From contig JBHIAT010000006.1 in NCBI GenBank assembly GCA_046758705.1, positions 1 to 48,748 on the forward strand: a DNA stretch of 48,748 nt, in the 5' to 3' direction. Below, piece by piece: positions 18,472 through 28,934 of the stretch. Position 1 is the first letter of the stretch. Every line of letters begins with the position of its first letter. The stretch is from Candidatus Bipolaricaulia bacterium. GTDB lineage: Bacteria; Bipolaricaulota; Bipolaricaulia; JBHIAT01. The notes under the pieces are model-generated. The model saw only the letters and a program-made list of their open reading frames with translations. It made no database searches and had not been told where the DNA came from. The translations under genes were made by a program, and so were the position numbers.

Positions 18472-19524
18472 ATGGCGGATGTACAAACCCGAGGGCTTAA
18501 AAAGTACTTCGGCAAGGCACCTCGGGAGGTGCGGGCGGTCGATGGGGTGGATCTCAACGTTCAAGACGGTGAGCTCCTCGTGCTATTGGGGCCCTCGGGC
18601 TGTGGCAAGACGACGCTGATGCGCACGATCGCCGGCTTGGAACAACCCACCGAGGGCGAGGTCCTCATCGGTGGCCAAGTCGTGAATGACCTGCCCCCAC
18701 GGCTCCGCCACATCGCCATGGTGTTCCAAAGCTACGCCCTCTACCCGCATAAGACGGCGTTCAAAAATATCGCCTTCCCGTTGCAAGCCGAGCGCATGAA
18801 GAAGGAAGTCATCAGGGAGAAGGTCGAGTGGGCGGCTCGGATGTTTAGTATCGAGGACCTGCTGGACCGCAAGCCCCGCGAACTCTCCGGTGGGGAGCGG
18901 CAACGGGTGGCCCTGGCTCGCGCGCTGGTACGCGATCCGAACGTCTTCCTGTTAGACGAGCCACTCTCTAACCTGGATGCCAAGCTCAGACACGCAGCCC
19001 GAGATGAGCTGAAGCAGCTCCAGCGGGAGGTCGGGACCACCACCATCTATGTGACTCATGATCAAGTCGAGGCCATGGGGCTGGGGGACCGAATTGCCGT
19101 CATGAATCAGGGAAAGGTCAGACAGATCGGGACGCCCGATGAGGTTTACCTCAATCCGGCGGACACCTTCGTGGCCACGTTCGTGGGGTCGCCTCCGATG
19201 AACCTGATTGAGCAGGGTGATGTGCTCGTGGGCTTCCGTCCTGAGACCTTCCTTCCCAAGGAGCATTTCAATGCCCATGAGGATTTGATGGACTTCCAGT
19301 TCAAGCTGTGGCGGGTGGAGCACCTCGGGGCAGAATTCCTTCTTTACGGCAGCCTCGAGGGCCACGACGAGAACGAGCACGTGATTTCCAAGATTCCCTT
19401 CAATATGGCCATTTCGGTCAAAGAGGGAGAGAAATATGAGTTCGCCGTCCGAATGCGCGACCGTCGGCACTTTGATAAGAAAACAGGATTGAGGTGGGAA
19501 GATGGCCAAGGTGGCGGAAGTTAA
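18472..19524 (+). CDS. Sugar ABC transporter ATP-binding protein (MalK/MsmX type)
   Basis: GPSGCGKTT, VFQSYALYPH, LSGGERQR and LLDEPLSNLDAKLR. Confidence 0.93.
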   Translation: MADVQTRGLKKYFGKAPREVRAVDGVDLNVQDGELLVLLGPSGCGKTTLMRTIAGLEQPTEGEVLIGGQVVNDLPPRLRHIAMVFQSYALYPHKTAFKNIAFPLQAERMKKEVIREKVEWAARMFSIEDLLDRKPRELSGGERQRVALARALVRDPNVFLLDEPLSNLDAKLRHAARDELKQLQREVGTTTIYVTHDQVEAMGLGDRIAVMNQGKVRQIGTPDEVYLNPADTFVATFVGSPPMNLIEQGDVLVGFRPETFLPKEHFNAHEDLMDFQFKLWRVEHLGAEFLLYGSLEGHDENEHVISKIPFNMAISVKEGEKYEFAVRMRDRRHFDKKTGLRWEDGQGGGS

Positions 19525-20482
19525 AGACGTGAGTGTTTCGCGCGACCGTTCCATTTCCGTTTGGGACCGGGAGAGACTGCTCGGCTGGATGTTCATCGCG
19601 CCGGCCGTCATTTATATCGTGGCGCTGGTCGGATTTCCGTTCGTGATGGCGTTCATCTACAGTTTTAGCGACGTCACGACGGGGGATCCCAGCATCGACT
19701 TCGTCGGGCTGAGGAATTTTAAAGCCATCTTAAATGATGTGACGTTTCGCAGGTCCCTTAAAAACACGTTCGTCTTCACATTTATATCTCAGGCGATTGT
19801 GCTGGTGCTTGCGAAAACCTTAGCACTGGTCTTGGAAAAGGACTTCAGAGGGAAGTGGATCGCTCGGTTTTTAATCCTGCTTCCGTGGACGGCTCCCATT
19901 TCGCTCGGAGTGCTTGCCTGGCTGTGGATGCTGGATTCGGTCTTCAGCCCCATTGACTGGATATTTCGATACCTCGGCCTCATCGGTCGGCCTGCAGAGG
20001 GCGTATTAAGCGTTTGGAACTTCGACGGGTTTCCGAATCTCTACTGGCTGGGGAAGCCAGGACTGGCGATGGCGTCCGTGATCGGCGTGCATGTCTGGCG
20101 GATGCTCCCCCTGGCGACGATGATCCTGCTTGCCGGATTAACGTCGATCCCCAAGGACATCCTCGATGCGGCTGAAGTCGATGGAGCGAGGTTCTGGCGC
20201 CGTCTGTTCCATGTGATCATTCCAATGATGCTTCCGATCATGAGCGTCGCGGTGCTCTTCGGTGTGATCTTCACGTTCACCGACATGACCATCATCCGTG
20301 TCCTGACCCAAGGTAATCCGCCGCCTCATATGACTCAAGTGTTGGCCAGCTGGGCGTACTTCAAGGGCATCGACGGGGGAGATCTGGCCCAGGGTGCGGC
20401 GATCGCCCTGTTCCTGTTCCCGGTGATGGCGGGTGTGGCGGTGTTCATACTCCGATTCGCCCGGCGGACGGAGGTGACCTAA
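19502..20482 (+). CDS. Sugar ABC transporter permease (MalF type)
   Basis: FVGLRNF; EAA-like loop IPKDILDAAEVDGA; multiple TM segments. Confidence 0.9.
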   Translation: MAKVAEVKDVSVSRDRSISVWDRERLLGWMFIAPAVIYIVALVGFPFVMAFIYSFSDVTTGDPSIDFVGLRNFKAILNDVTFRRSLKNTFVFTFISQAIVLVLAKTLALVLEKDFRGKWIARFLILLPWTAPISLGVLAWLWMLDSVFSPIDWIFRYLGLIGRPAEGVLSVWNFDGFPNLYWLGKPGLAMASVIGVHVWRMLPLATMILLAGLTSIPKDILDAAEVDGARFWRRLFHVIIPMMLPIMSVAVLFGVIFTFTDMTIIRVLTQGNPPPHMTQVLASWAYFKGIDGGDLAQGAAIALFLFPVMAGVAVFILRFARRTEVT

Positions 20483-20487
20483 TTCAG

Positions 20488-21336
20488 GTGTATGGGAAAA
20501 AGATCGTAACACAGGGTTCCGTTTATGCGGTGGTGGTGTTCTTCGTCATGGTCTCCGCGCTTCCGTTCGCCTATATGGCGATCACGGCGTTCAAGACCAA
20601 CCATGACATCTTCACGATCGCACGGGATCGCCCTCCGTTCTTCGTCAATGAGTCGCCGACCCTGGATCACTTCAACCTGCTTTTTAACGAAACGTTATTT
20701 TTTACATTTATCCGCAATACCTTCGTCATCGGAGCGCTCGTCGTCGCCATTACGCTGTTGGTTGCCGTTCCGGCCGCTTATAGCCTGGCCCGAATGGTTG
20801 GGCACTGGGGGGAAAGCTTGGGCATCGGCATCTTCCTCACCTATTTGGTTCCGCCCTCGCTGTTGTTTATCCCCCTTGCGCGTGTGGTTGCCGAATTGGG
20901 GCTTCAGAACTCCCTGTGGGCTCTGGTCATCGTCTATCCCACGTTCACGATCCCGTTCTGTACCTGGTTGCTCATGGGATTCTTCAAGTCGATTCCGAGG
21001 GACATCGAAGAGCAGGCCATGATCGACGGTTATAACCGAGTCCAAGCCATCATTAAGACGGTGCTTCCACTCTCCATACCCGGGCTCCTCATGGTGGTGG
21101 TGTTCGCGTTCACGTTGTCGACCCATGAATTCATCTACGCGCTGACCTTCGTGCAAACAAACGTGGAGAAGCCGATCAGCACAGGGATACCTACAGAGCT
21201 TGTGCGAGGGGACGTTTTCCGGTGGGGTCCGTTATTGGCCGGAGCCTTCCTGGCCAGCCTCCCGCCCGCCATCTTGTACAGCTTCTTCCTGGACCGGTTT
21301 ATCTCGGGATTTACCGCCGGGGCGGTCAAGGGTTAG
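20488..21336 (+). CDS. Sugar ABC transporter permease (MalG type)
   Basis: FFKSIPRDIEEQAMIDG and C-terminal GFTAGAVKG. Confidence 0.9.
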   Translation: MYGKKIVTQGSVYAVVVFFVMVSALPFAYMAITAFKTNHDIFTIARDRPPFFVNESPTLDHFNLLFNETLFFTFIRNTFVIGALVVAITLLVAVPAAYSLARMVGHWGESLGIGIFLTYLVPPSLLFIPLARVVAELGLQNSLWALVIVYPTFTIPFCTWLLMGFFKSIPRDIEEQAMIDGYNRVQAIIKTVLPLSIPGLLMVVVFAFTLSTHEFIYALTFVQTNVEKPISTGIPTELVRGDVFRWGPLLAGAFLASLPPAILYSFFLDRFISGFTAGAVKG

Positions 21337-21346
21337 GCGTAATAGA

Positions 21347-22495
21347 TTAAATCTCCATCTCTTTGGCGATGATCTCCCACATCACTTCGGTCGCTCCGCC
21401 GCCGATCTTCCACAGGCGGATATCCCGATAGAAGCGCTCGATGTCATACTCCCGGATGTAGCCGTAGCCGCCATGGATCTGGAGGCACTCGTCGGCGACC
21501 CGACAGGTGACCTCGGCCGTCAGTGCCTTCGCCATCGTGACCTGTTTGACGATCGGCTTGCCGGCCTCATGGCGTCGGACGACGTGGTAGATGAGCTGGC
21601 GGGCGGCCTCGAGCTCGGTCTCCATCCGGGCGAGCTTATGCTGGGTCGCCTGGTATGTCGAAAGCTTCCTGCCGAACAACTCCCGCTCCTGGGCGTAGCC
21701 GATCGCATCCTCGATCGCCTGTTGCGCTGAGGAGACCATCGCCACCGAGGCCATCAGCCGCTCGTTCTGAAATCCCTCCATCAGCTGATAAAAGCCGCAA
21801 TTTTCCTCCCCGATCAGGTTGTCGGCGGGAACCCGGCAATCGGTGAATGCCAACTCACCGGTGTCCGACGCCCACATCCCCAGCTTCTCCAGCTTCTTCT
21901 CGACCTGGAACCCCGGCGTCCCTTTCTCGACGAGGAACAGGCTGAGTCCGTCGTGATCCCCTTTCGGTCGGGTCCGGGCGGCCACGAAGAACAGATCGGC
22001 GATGAGCGCGTTGGTGATGAACGTCTTACTCCCGTTCAGGACGTAAACGTCGCCGTCCCGCTCCGCCTTCGTCTCGAGCCCGGCGACGTCGGAGCCGGCG
22101 TTCGGCTCGGTGATCGCGACCGCACAGATCTGCTCGCCGGAGATGATCCCGGGCAGATACCGGTTCATCTGAGCGTCCGTCCCGTAGCGGACCAGGTATG
22201 GGGAGGCCATGTCGGTGTGGACCAGCACGCCCATAGTCAGCCCCCGGGAGCGACATCGGGCCAGCTCCTCGGCGAACGCGACACTCATCACCAGGTCGGC
22301 GTCAAGCCCACCGTAGGCCTCCGGGTACCGGATCCCCAGGAAGCCGAGTTCCCCCATCTTCCGGTAGATCTCCCGGGGGACGATTCCCTCAGCCTCCCAC
22401 TCATCGACGTACGGGTCCAGTTCCTCGGCAACGAACCGTCTGACCGTCCGACGTAACAGGCGATGCTCTTCCGAAAACAGTGAATCGATGCTCAT
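21347..22495 (-). CDS. Acyl-CoA dehydrogenase
   Basis: AITEPNAGSD, LNGSKTFITN, LQIHGGYGY and IGGGATEV. Confidence 0.93.
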   Translation of the reverse strand: MSIDSLFSEEHRLLRRTVRRFVAEELDPYVDEWEAEGIVPREIYRKMGELGFLGIRYPEAYGGLDADLVMSVAFAEELARCRSRGLTMGVLVHTDMASPYLVRYGTDAQMNRYLPGIISGEQICAVAITEPNAGSDVAGLETKAERDGDVYVLNGSKTFITNALIADLFFVAARTRPKGDHDGLSLFLVEKGTPGFQVEKKLEKLGMWASDTGELAFTDCRVPADNLIGEENCGFYQLMEGFQNERLMASVAMVSSAQQAIEDAIGYAQERELFGRKLSTYQATQHKLARMETELEAARQLIYHVVRRHEAGKPIVKQVTMAKALTAEVTCRVADECLQIHGGYGYIREYDIERFYRDIRLWKIGGGATEVMWEIIAKEMEI

Positions 22496-22586
22496 AGCTT
22501 ATGTTCTCTCCTCCTCTAGTCCGGTCCCTCTACCTTAAACATAGCGCAAACCCCTTTGGGAATTCAAGTCTAACCGACGCAGCCGG

Positions 22587-22615
22587 TTGTAAAATATCGG
22601 TCCCGTCATTACACT
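22587..22615 (+). promoter_or_regulatory. Putative sigma70 promoter of mdh
   Basis: TTGTAA-N17-TACACT. Confidence 0.45.
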
Positions 22616-22663
22616 GAAACAGAGATCCGAATTCAGATTACAACAGAATCAGGAGGATCCATA

Positions 22664-23590
22664 ATGGACAAAAAGGTCACGGTCGTAGGCGCGGGTTATG
22701 TGGGGGCGACGACCGCCCAACGGATCGTCGAGCGACGGCTCGCCGATGTGGTGATAACCGACATTCTGAAAGGCATCCCGCAAGGCAAGGCCCTCGATAT
22801 GCAGGAGTCGGGGCCGATCCTCGGGTTCGACGCCGAGATCGTCGGAACGAACGGCTACGAGGAGACGGCCGACTCAGATATAACGGTGATCACCGCCGGC
22901 CTGCCCAGAAAGCCGGGAATGAGCCGGGAGGAGTTGATCGAAACCAACGCGAGCATCATCAAGCAGGTCACCGAACAGATCGTCCGCTACTCACCGGATA
23001 CGATTCTGATCATGGTGACCAACCCGCTGGACGCCACCACTTACGTTGCCAAACAGGTCAGCGGCTTCCCGAAACACCGGGTGTTTGGAATGGCCGGTAT
23101 TCTGGATACAGCTCGGTTTCGTACGTTCATTGCCTTAGAGCTCGGCGTTTCGGTCGATAACGTTCAGGCGCTCGTCCTCGGTGGTCACGGCGATCAGATG
23201 GTCCCGTTGCCTCGCTACGCCACCGTCTCCGGTGTCCCGCTCCCTGAGCAGTTAGATCAGGAGACGATCGATCGATTGGTCGATCGGACACGTCGAGGTG
23301 GGACGGAGATCGTGGAGCTACTCCAAACCGGCAGCGCCTTCTACGCCCCATCGGCCGCGATCCTGGAGATGGTCGAGGCAATCCTGCTCGACCGCAAGAA
23401 GATCCTGCCCTGTGCCGCCTATCTCGAGGGTGAGTACGGGATCAACGACCTGTACCTCGGCGTGCCGGTGAAGCTGGGGCGCACCGGGGTGGAGCAGATC
23501 ATTGAGCTGGATCTCACCGGCGAAGAGCAGCGCCAGCTGGAGCGCTCGGTCGAGCTGGTCCGAGACACGGTGCGTCAGGTAAAGCTCTAA
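22664..23590 (+). CDS. mdh: Malate dehydrogenase (LDH-like)
   Basis: [18 protein letters not shown] (MDH-specific Arg); NPLD, LDTARF, GGHGD and GSAFYAP. Confidence 0.93.
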   Translation: MDKKVTVVGAGYVGATTAQRIVERRLADVVITDILKGIPQGKALDMQESGPILGFDAEIVGTNGYEETADSDITVITAGLPRKPGMSREELIETNASIIKQVTEQIVRYSPDTILIMVTNPLDATTYVAKQVSGFPKHRVFGMAGILDTARFRTFIALELGVSVDNVQALVLGGHGDQMVPLPRYATVSGVPLPEQLDQETIDRLVDRTRRGGTEIVELLQTGSAFYAPSAAILEMVEAILLDRKKILPCAAYLEGEYGINDLYLGVPVKLGRTGVEQIIELDLTGEEQRQLERSVELVRDTVRQVKL

Positions 23591-23712
23591 GCGACACTCA
23601 GATTTTTGTGATGCTCTGATGAGGTATGCTACAATGTAAGGTAAGTTGACCGATATAGGAACTCAGCCCTCCAGGTTGGTTCGATGCGGTCTCGAGAAGG
23701 GGGGTAGGGAGG

Positions 23713-25608
23713 ATGGAGTCCGAAGCACGATATCGAGAGCTGGTTGAAAACGCCAACGATCCGATCTTCACGGCCGACACTCACGGGAACCTGACCTTCC
23801 TCAATCGCAAGGCAGAGGTACTGATCGGCCGCTCAAGAGACGAGGTCATCGGGGAGTCGTTCGTCCCGTTCATCCCGACCGAGGCAGACCGCCAGCAGGT
23901 GCTGAACCTGTTCCAGGAGGTTTTGAAGCAGGGAACCTCGATCAGTACGACCCTCACATTCAATCTCAACCGGAGCAATCGGGATACCGCGATCTTTGAG
24001 ATCAACGCCCGACCGATCACCGAGGGGGAGGTGACCGTCGGCATCGAGGGGATCGTCCGAGATATCACCAAGTGGATCGTGCTGGAACACCGGCTCAAGA
24101 GCGTCAACCGGTTCATCCGCGCGTTGAACCAGACGACTGAGGTAGAGAAGTTGATGCAGGTCATCCTGGAAGAGGCGATTGCGATGATCCCGGGCGCTGA
24201 TAGCGGGTCGTTCTTGATGCTGAACGAAGCCAAAGGCATCTTCGAGTTCAAGGCGACCATCGGCTGGAATCTAGAGCTCCTACAACAGATTAAGATCCCT
24301 GCCGATCTTACGTTCCTAAGCCGTGAGGGAATTCAGGTGCCGACGATTGTGGACGACATCCGGGCGCACGATCATCGTCTGGGGGAGGAGATCGCGGTGT
24401 TGTTCGACCGGGTCGGCTATCCGAAATCCTCGATCGTCATCCCGTTGCTGGAGGATGGCCAGGTAACCGGTTACTTCTTTGTCGACAGCAAAGGGAAGGC
24501 CGATGCGTTCAACATAGAGGACCTGAAGCAAGTTGAGGAAGTCATCGATCAGATCTGGCTGATGATCAAACGGGCCCGCGATCGGAAGGAGCTGGAGGTT
24601 CACAAGGAAAAATTGCGCAACTTGCACGTCATCGGCCAGCAACTCGCTGAGATCGACCGACTGGAGACGATACTAGAAGAGATGCTCGAGCAATTGAAGC
24701 AGGACTTTGACTACACGGTGGGCACGATCCTGCTGATGGACGAAGATGACCTGAGGATTGAGAGGTTGGTATACACGGATGAAAAGTTGCTGGGGCGTCA
24801 GTCACGTGGCGTCGGGGAGCGGGTCAAGATCGGAGAGGGGATCACCGGATGGGTGGCTCAGCATCAGGCACCCGCACTGGTTAACGACGTCACTCAAGAT
24901 TCCCGATACATTGGAAGTGAACATATGCGGTCCGAACTGGCCGTCCCGATCAAGACGGACAAACAGCTCCTCGGCGTCCTGAACATCGAGAGCGCCCGGG
25001 TGAGGGCGTTCGATGAGACGGATCTGGAGTTGTTGACCGCGGTGGCCGGCCAGATGGCCCTGGCGATCAGCAGCCTCAAGAAGAGAGAGTCGATCCGTGA
25101 GCAAGCGATTCGGGATTCGCTGACCGGTAGCTACAACCGTCGCTACTTCAATGAGGTGATCGAGAAGGAGTTGCTGAGGTCCGACAGGTACGGTCATTCT
25201 GTCTCATTTTTGATGATCGATATTGACAGGTTCAAGCGCATCAACGACGAGTTAGGTCATCAGGTCGGGGACTGGGTGCTCCAGGAGGTGGCCCGAATCC
25301 TGGAGCATACGGTGCGCGATTCCGACATCGTTGTCCGCTACGGTGGCGATGAATTCCTGGTGATGATGACCGAGACCCAGGAGGCGGACGCTCGAAACCT
25401 CATCGACCGGTTGAGAGATCGGATAAAATGGTGGAACCGACAGGATAGCCGTCGGGATCGGCTCGACTTCGAACTGACGTTGAGTACGGGACTGTCCTCG
25501 TGGTCCTCCACGGTGAACCGGAAGTTGAATGAGGTGCTCAAGGAGGCGGACGATCGGATGTACGAGGACAAGGCCGCGAAGGGTAAGGGTAAGGGTAGGG
25601 AACGCTAA
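23713..25608 (+). CDS. Diguanylate cyclase (PAS-GAF-GAF-GGDEF)
   Basis: N-terminal PAS, two GAF domains (SELAVPI), DSLTGSYNRR, DIDRFKRIND, RDSD I-site and RYGGDEF. Confidence 0.92.
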   Translation: MESEARYRELVENANDPIFTADTHGNLTFLNRKAEVLIGRSRDEVIGESFVPFIPTEADRQQVLNLFQEVLKQGTSISTTLTFNLNRSNRDTAIFEINARPITEGEVTVGIEGIVRDITKWIVLEHRLKSVNRFIRALNQTTEVEKLMQVILEEAIAMIPGADSGSFLMLNEAKGIFEFKATIGWNLELLQQIKIPADLTFLSREGIQVPTIVDDIRAHDHRLGEEIAVLFDRVGYPKSSIVIPLLEDGQVTGYFFVDSKGKADAFNIEDLKQVEEVIDQIWLMIKRARDRKELEVHKEKLRNLHVIGQQLAEIDRLETILEEMLEQLKQDFDYTVGTILLMDEDDLRIERLVYTDEKLLGRQSRGVGERVKIGEGITGWVAQHQAPALVNDVTQDSRYIGSEHMRSELAVPIKTDKQLLGVLNIESARVRAFDETDLELLTAVAGQMALAISSLKKRESIREQAIRDSLTGSYNRRYFNEVIEKELLRSDRYGHSVSFLMIDIDRFKRINDELGHQVGDWVLQEVARILEHTVRDSDIVVRYGGDEFLVMMTETQEADARNLIDRLRDRIKWWNRQDSRRDRLDFELTLSTGLSSWSSTVNRKLNEVLKEADDRMYEDKAAKGKGKGRER

Positions 25609-25631
25609 TCGTTGGTGAGACTGGGATCGGG

Positions 25632-26591
25632 ATGGAGATTGAGGCGATCGGGCGTCGAAGCGGTCGGGTGATCGCCGAGGTCGAACGGGCGATCGTTGGC
25701 AAGCGTAGGGTCCTCGAATTGGTGATGCTCGCCGTGCTCTCCGGCGGGCACGTGCTCGTTGAGGACTACCCGGGGCTGGCCAAGACGCTCATCGCCAGAA
25801 GCTTCGCCGCCGTTCTGGGGCTCGAGTTCAAACGGATCCAGTTCACTCCGGACCTGCTGCCGGGCGATGTCACCGGGACCCACATCTACAACCGCAAGAC
25901 CGGCACGTTCGAGCTGCGCAAGGGGCCGATCTTCGCCCATATCGTGCTCGCCGATGAGATCAACCGCGCCCCGCCCAAGACCCAGGCTGCCCTGCTGGAG
26001 GCGATGCAGGAGAATCAGGTGACCCTGGAAGGGGAGACGCTCAAGCTCCCGGAGCCGTTCATCGTGATCGCCACCCAGAACCCGATCGAGTATGAGGGGA
26101 CCTTCCCCCTGCCCGAAGCCCAGATCGATCGGTTCATCATGAGAATTTCGGTGGGATATCCCTCACTGGAGGAAGAGCAGGAGATCCTGAGGCGGCGTCG
26201 GGAGCGTCAGCAGGATGAGGTACAGCTGGAAGCGACCACCACCCCTGAGGAGTTGTTGGAGATGCGCCGGACGCTTGAGTCGATCTATGTCGACCCCGAC
26301 GTCGAAGGCTACATGGTGACGCTGACCCAGCGGACCCGGTCCGATTCTCATGTGGAGGTCGGTGCGAGTCCCCGGGGATCGCTGGCGTTGCTCAAACTGG
26401 CGCGGGTGAAAGCCGCCTTGGAGGGCCGGGATTATGTGCTGCCTGATGATGTGAAGTTCGTGGCCGTTCCCGCACTGGCCCACCGGCTGATCCTCAAACC
26501 GGATCTGTGGGCGAAGGCGGTCGAGGCGGAGGAGATCATCGCGAATCTTCTCAGTGCGGTGGCCGTGCCCAAGGTTGAATCCCGATTGTAA
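25632..26591 (+). CDS. moxR: MoxR-family AAA+ ATPase
   Basis: EDYPGLAKT, RIQFTPDLLP, LADEINRAPPKTQAALLEAM and ATQNPIEYEGTFPLPEAQ. Confidence 0.92.
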   Translation: MEIEAIGRRSGRVIAEVERAIVGKRRVLELVMLAVLSGGHVLVEDYPGLAKTLIARSFAAVLGLEFKRIQFTPDLLPGDVTGTHIYNRKTGTFELRKGPIFAHIVLADEINRAPPKTQAALLEAMQENQVTLEGETLKLPEPFIVIATQNPIEYEGTFPLPEAQIDRFIMRISVGYPSLEEEQEILRRRRERQQDEVQLEATTTPEELLEMRRTLESIYVDPDVEGYMVTLTQRTRSDSHVEVGASPRGSLALLKLARVKAALEGRDYVLPDDVKFVAVPALAHRLILKPDLWAKAVEAEEIIANLLSAVAVPKVESRL

Positions 26592-26647
26592 CGATGCTGC
26601 TCATCAGCGTCATACTGACGTTGCTGTTCAACCTGTTTCTGAGGTAA
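26582..26647 (+). pseudogene. C-terminal fragment of a DUF2905-like small membrane protein
   Basis: PIVTMLLISVILTLLFNLFLR*, in a different frame overlapping the moxR stop; resembles the DUF2905 tail FPI.T..LIS.ILTL..NLF.R. Confidence 0.55.
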
Positions 26648-27809
26648 CGACGGTGACCCCATCGCTCGGTGCCACCTCGAACGCGCCGGCCTCTACGCCG
26701 AACTCTTCATGAAATCGCCCGTTTACCCACCTCTGGTACTCGGAGATCCTGCTGAGTTCGACGAGATGGATCGTCGCCCCCCCAAACCCGCCGCCGACCA
26801 TCCGCGCCCCGAGGATCCCCGCCGACCGCGCCAGATCGACCAGGAAGTCGAGCTCCGGTGCACTCACCTCGAAGAGATCCCTGAGGCTGTGATGCGACGC
26901 GTAGAGCAGTCCACCCACCCGATCGAGATCCTCGATCCTGAGTGCCTCGGCCGTCTCCCGTACCCGGATGTTCTCCTCGATGACATGCTGAACCCGGCGG
27001 GCGAGGCGCTGCGGTAGCTTATCTCGATAGGCGGCGAACTGCTCTGCGGTGAGGTCGCGCAGCGAAGCCAGACCGCCGATCTGCTCCCCGAACAGTCGAA
27101 CGCTCTCCTCGCACTCACCCCGTCTCACGTTGTATTCGCTCTCAGCAAGCTCCCGCTTCGTCCGGGTGTCAACGACCAGGATCTTGTGGGCTTGAAACGG
27201 CAGATCGATCGCCTCATGCTCTAGGGTGCGGGTGTCGAGCAGCAACGCCTTCCCCTGTTTCCCATATACAGCGACGTACTGATCCATGATGCCAACGTTT
27301 GCCCCGACAAACGTGCGCTCCGCCTGCTGGCAGAGCTGGACCAACTCCAGCTCGGGGATCCTCAGGTCAAAGAGCCTGGCAAGCCCGTAAGCGACAGCGA
27401 CTTCCAGGGCGGCAGAGCTGCTCAGGCCTGCCCCGATCGGAACGTCCCCGGCGATCAACGCGTTGAAGCCCCCGACCCGCCCCAGCCATCCCCGGCGGTC
27501 AAGTTCCCGGAGTATGCCGATCACATAGTCGATCCAGCTTCCCTCCGGCTCGGTCGCCAGCCGGTTGAGGTCGAGTTGTCGGGTCACGTCGAGATCGGCC
27601 GCGTAGATCTGTGCATATCGGTCGCTCGATCGGTCGCCTATGAAGTGGACATAGCGATCGATAGCGAACGGCAGGACGAGGCCGTCGTTGTAGTCGGTGT
27701 GCTCTCCGATCAGGTTCACCCGGCCGGGCGCTCGGACGTGGATCAGTCGTTTCACATCTCCGAATCGCGTCTCGAAGATCTGCCGAACGCGCTCATTCGT
27801 CAGCTGCAA
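26628..27809 (-). CDS. galK: Galactokinase
   Basis: APGRVNLIGEHTDYNDG, GAGLSSSAA, GIMDQ and GARMVGGGFGG. Confidence 0.95.
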   Translation of the reverse strand: MQLTNERVRQIFETRFGDVKRLIHVRAPGRVNLIGEHTDYNDGLVLPFAIDRYVHFIGDRSSDRYAQIYAADLDVTRQLDLNRLATEPEGSWIDYVIGILRELDRRGWLGRVGGFNALIAGDVPIGAGLSSSAALEVAVAYGLARLFDLRIPELELVQLCQQAERTFVGANVGIMDQYVAVYGKQGKALLLDTRTLEHEAIDLPFQAHKILVVDTRTKRELAESEYNVRRGECEESVRLFGEQIGGLASLRDLTAEQFAAYRDKLPQRLARRVQHVIEENIRVRETAEALRIEDLDRVGGLLYASHHSLRDLFEVSAPELDFLVDLARSAGILGARMVGGGFGGATIHLVELSRISEYQRWVNGRFHEEFGVEAGAFEVAPSDGVTVVTSETG

Positions 27810-28761
27810 CCTGAACCTCCCTGAGCATGTTGGCCATCCGCTCCGGTGTGAGCGGGTTGATGAACGTGCCCGCCCCGGTCTCCACCCCAGCGCGGTACTT
27901 GACTTTGCCCGGCCCGCGCTTGAGACTGTAGAACTCGACGTGGAAGTGATAGTGTGGGTAGTCCTTCCTGTCAGACGGTGCCTGATGGAAAACCATCATA
28001 TAAGGAAACTCCTCATCGTCGAACAGCCCCTCATAGCGCTGCAACACGCCGCGGATGGCGATGGCGAACGGTTCATAAGCGTCCTTATCCATTTGGATCA
28101 GATCGAGGATATGACGTTTGGGATAGAGATGCACCTCGTAAGGGAACCGGGCGTAGAACGGGACGAACGTGATGAAGTCCTCGTTGTTCGCGACCACCCG
28201 CGTCCCATCCTCGGCCTCTCGGTGGATGATCTCACAGAACAGGCAGCGGTCATGCTGTTGGTAATACTTTTGAGCGCTTTCCAGCTCCCGCGCGATGATC
28301 GGCGGTATGAACGGGAACGCGTAGATCTGTCCGTGCGGGTGGGACAGGGTTACGCCGACTCGCTCACCACGGTTCTCGAAGATAAACACATACCGGATGA
28401 ATTCATAGCCGGCCAGCTCCCGTGTCCGGTCGACCCAGACCTCGACCAGGTTCCGCATCCGCGCCACGGACATGTTTGCCGGGGAGATATCGTGTTCAGG
28501 GGTGTAGAGCAGCACCTCACAGATCCCCTGGTTCGGCGCCACCTTGAACAGCTCATTCCCGGAGACATTCGGTGTCCCAGGCTCTCGGACCAGCGATGGA
28601 AAACGGTTCTCGAAGCTGACGATATCGTAGTCCGGCTCGGGAATTTCCAGGCCCTCGGGACATAACGGGCAGCTATCGCGGGGCAGCACCGGGCGGTCCT
28701 GACGCACGTCGGCGACGATCGTCCACTCCTCCAGGATCGGGTTCCACCTCAGCTCTGCCAT
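27793..28761 (-). CDS. galT: Galactose-1-phosphate uridylyltransferase
   Basis: ELRWNP, CPLCP, FENRFPS, FENRG and HPHGQ active site. ATG 28761 follows a GAGGAG RBS. Confidence 0.95.
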   Translation of the reverse strand: MAELRWNPILEEWTIVADVRQDRPVLPRDSCPLCPEGLEIPEPDYDIVSFENRFPSLVREPGTPNVSGNELFKVAPNQGICEVLLYTPEHDISPANMSVARMRNLVEVWVDRTRELAGYEFIRYVFIFENRGERVGVTLSHPHGQIYAFPFIPPIIARELESAQKYYQQHDRCLFCEIIHREAEDGTRVVANNEDFITFVPFYARFPYEVHLYPKRHILDLIQMDKDAYEPFAIAIRGVLQRYEGLFDDEEFPYMMVFHQAPSDRKDYPHYHFHVEFYSLKRGPGKVKYRAGVETGAGTFINPLTPERMANMLREVQVAADE

Positions 28762-28861
28762 CTTGCTCCTCACCCTCCCGTTCCTCGATGTCGTCGAGAT
28801 CAAAAAAGTAGTAGTAGATGAACCGCCCGTCGTCTTTGACCCGTTTTTCTTTGCGCATCAC
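28673..28861 (-). CDS. Small protein upstream of and overlapping galT
   Basis: MMRKEKRVKDDGRFIYYYFFD resembles the DGRxxYY N-terminal extension of actinobacterial GalT. Confidence 0.5.
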   Translation of the reverse strand: MMRKEKRVKDDGRFIYYYFFDLDDIEEREGEEQDGRAEVEPDPGGVDDRRRRASGPPGAAPR

Positions 28862-28934
28862 GCAAGTTGCATCCCAGTTGCCCTAAGTATACTATGAAAC
28901 GAATGGTCTGTGCACTCTTGATCGGAGGTTTACA

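Noticed and set aside
25578..25598. AAGGGT tandem repeat at the DGC end
   Set aside because: Short low-complexity KGKGKG tail; no evidence of function.
27697..28665. 322-aa plus-strand ORF
   Set aside because: Antisense shadow of galT.
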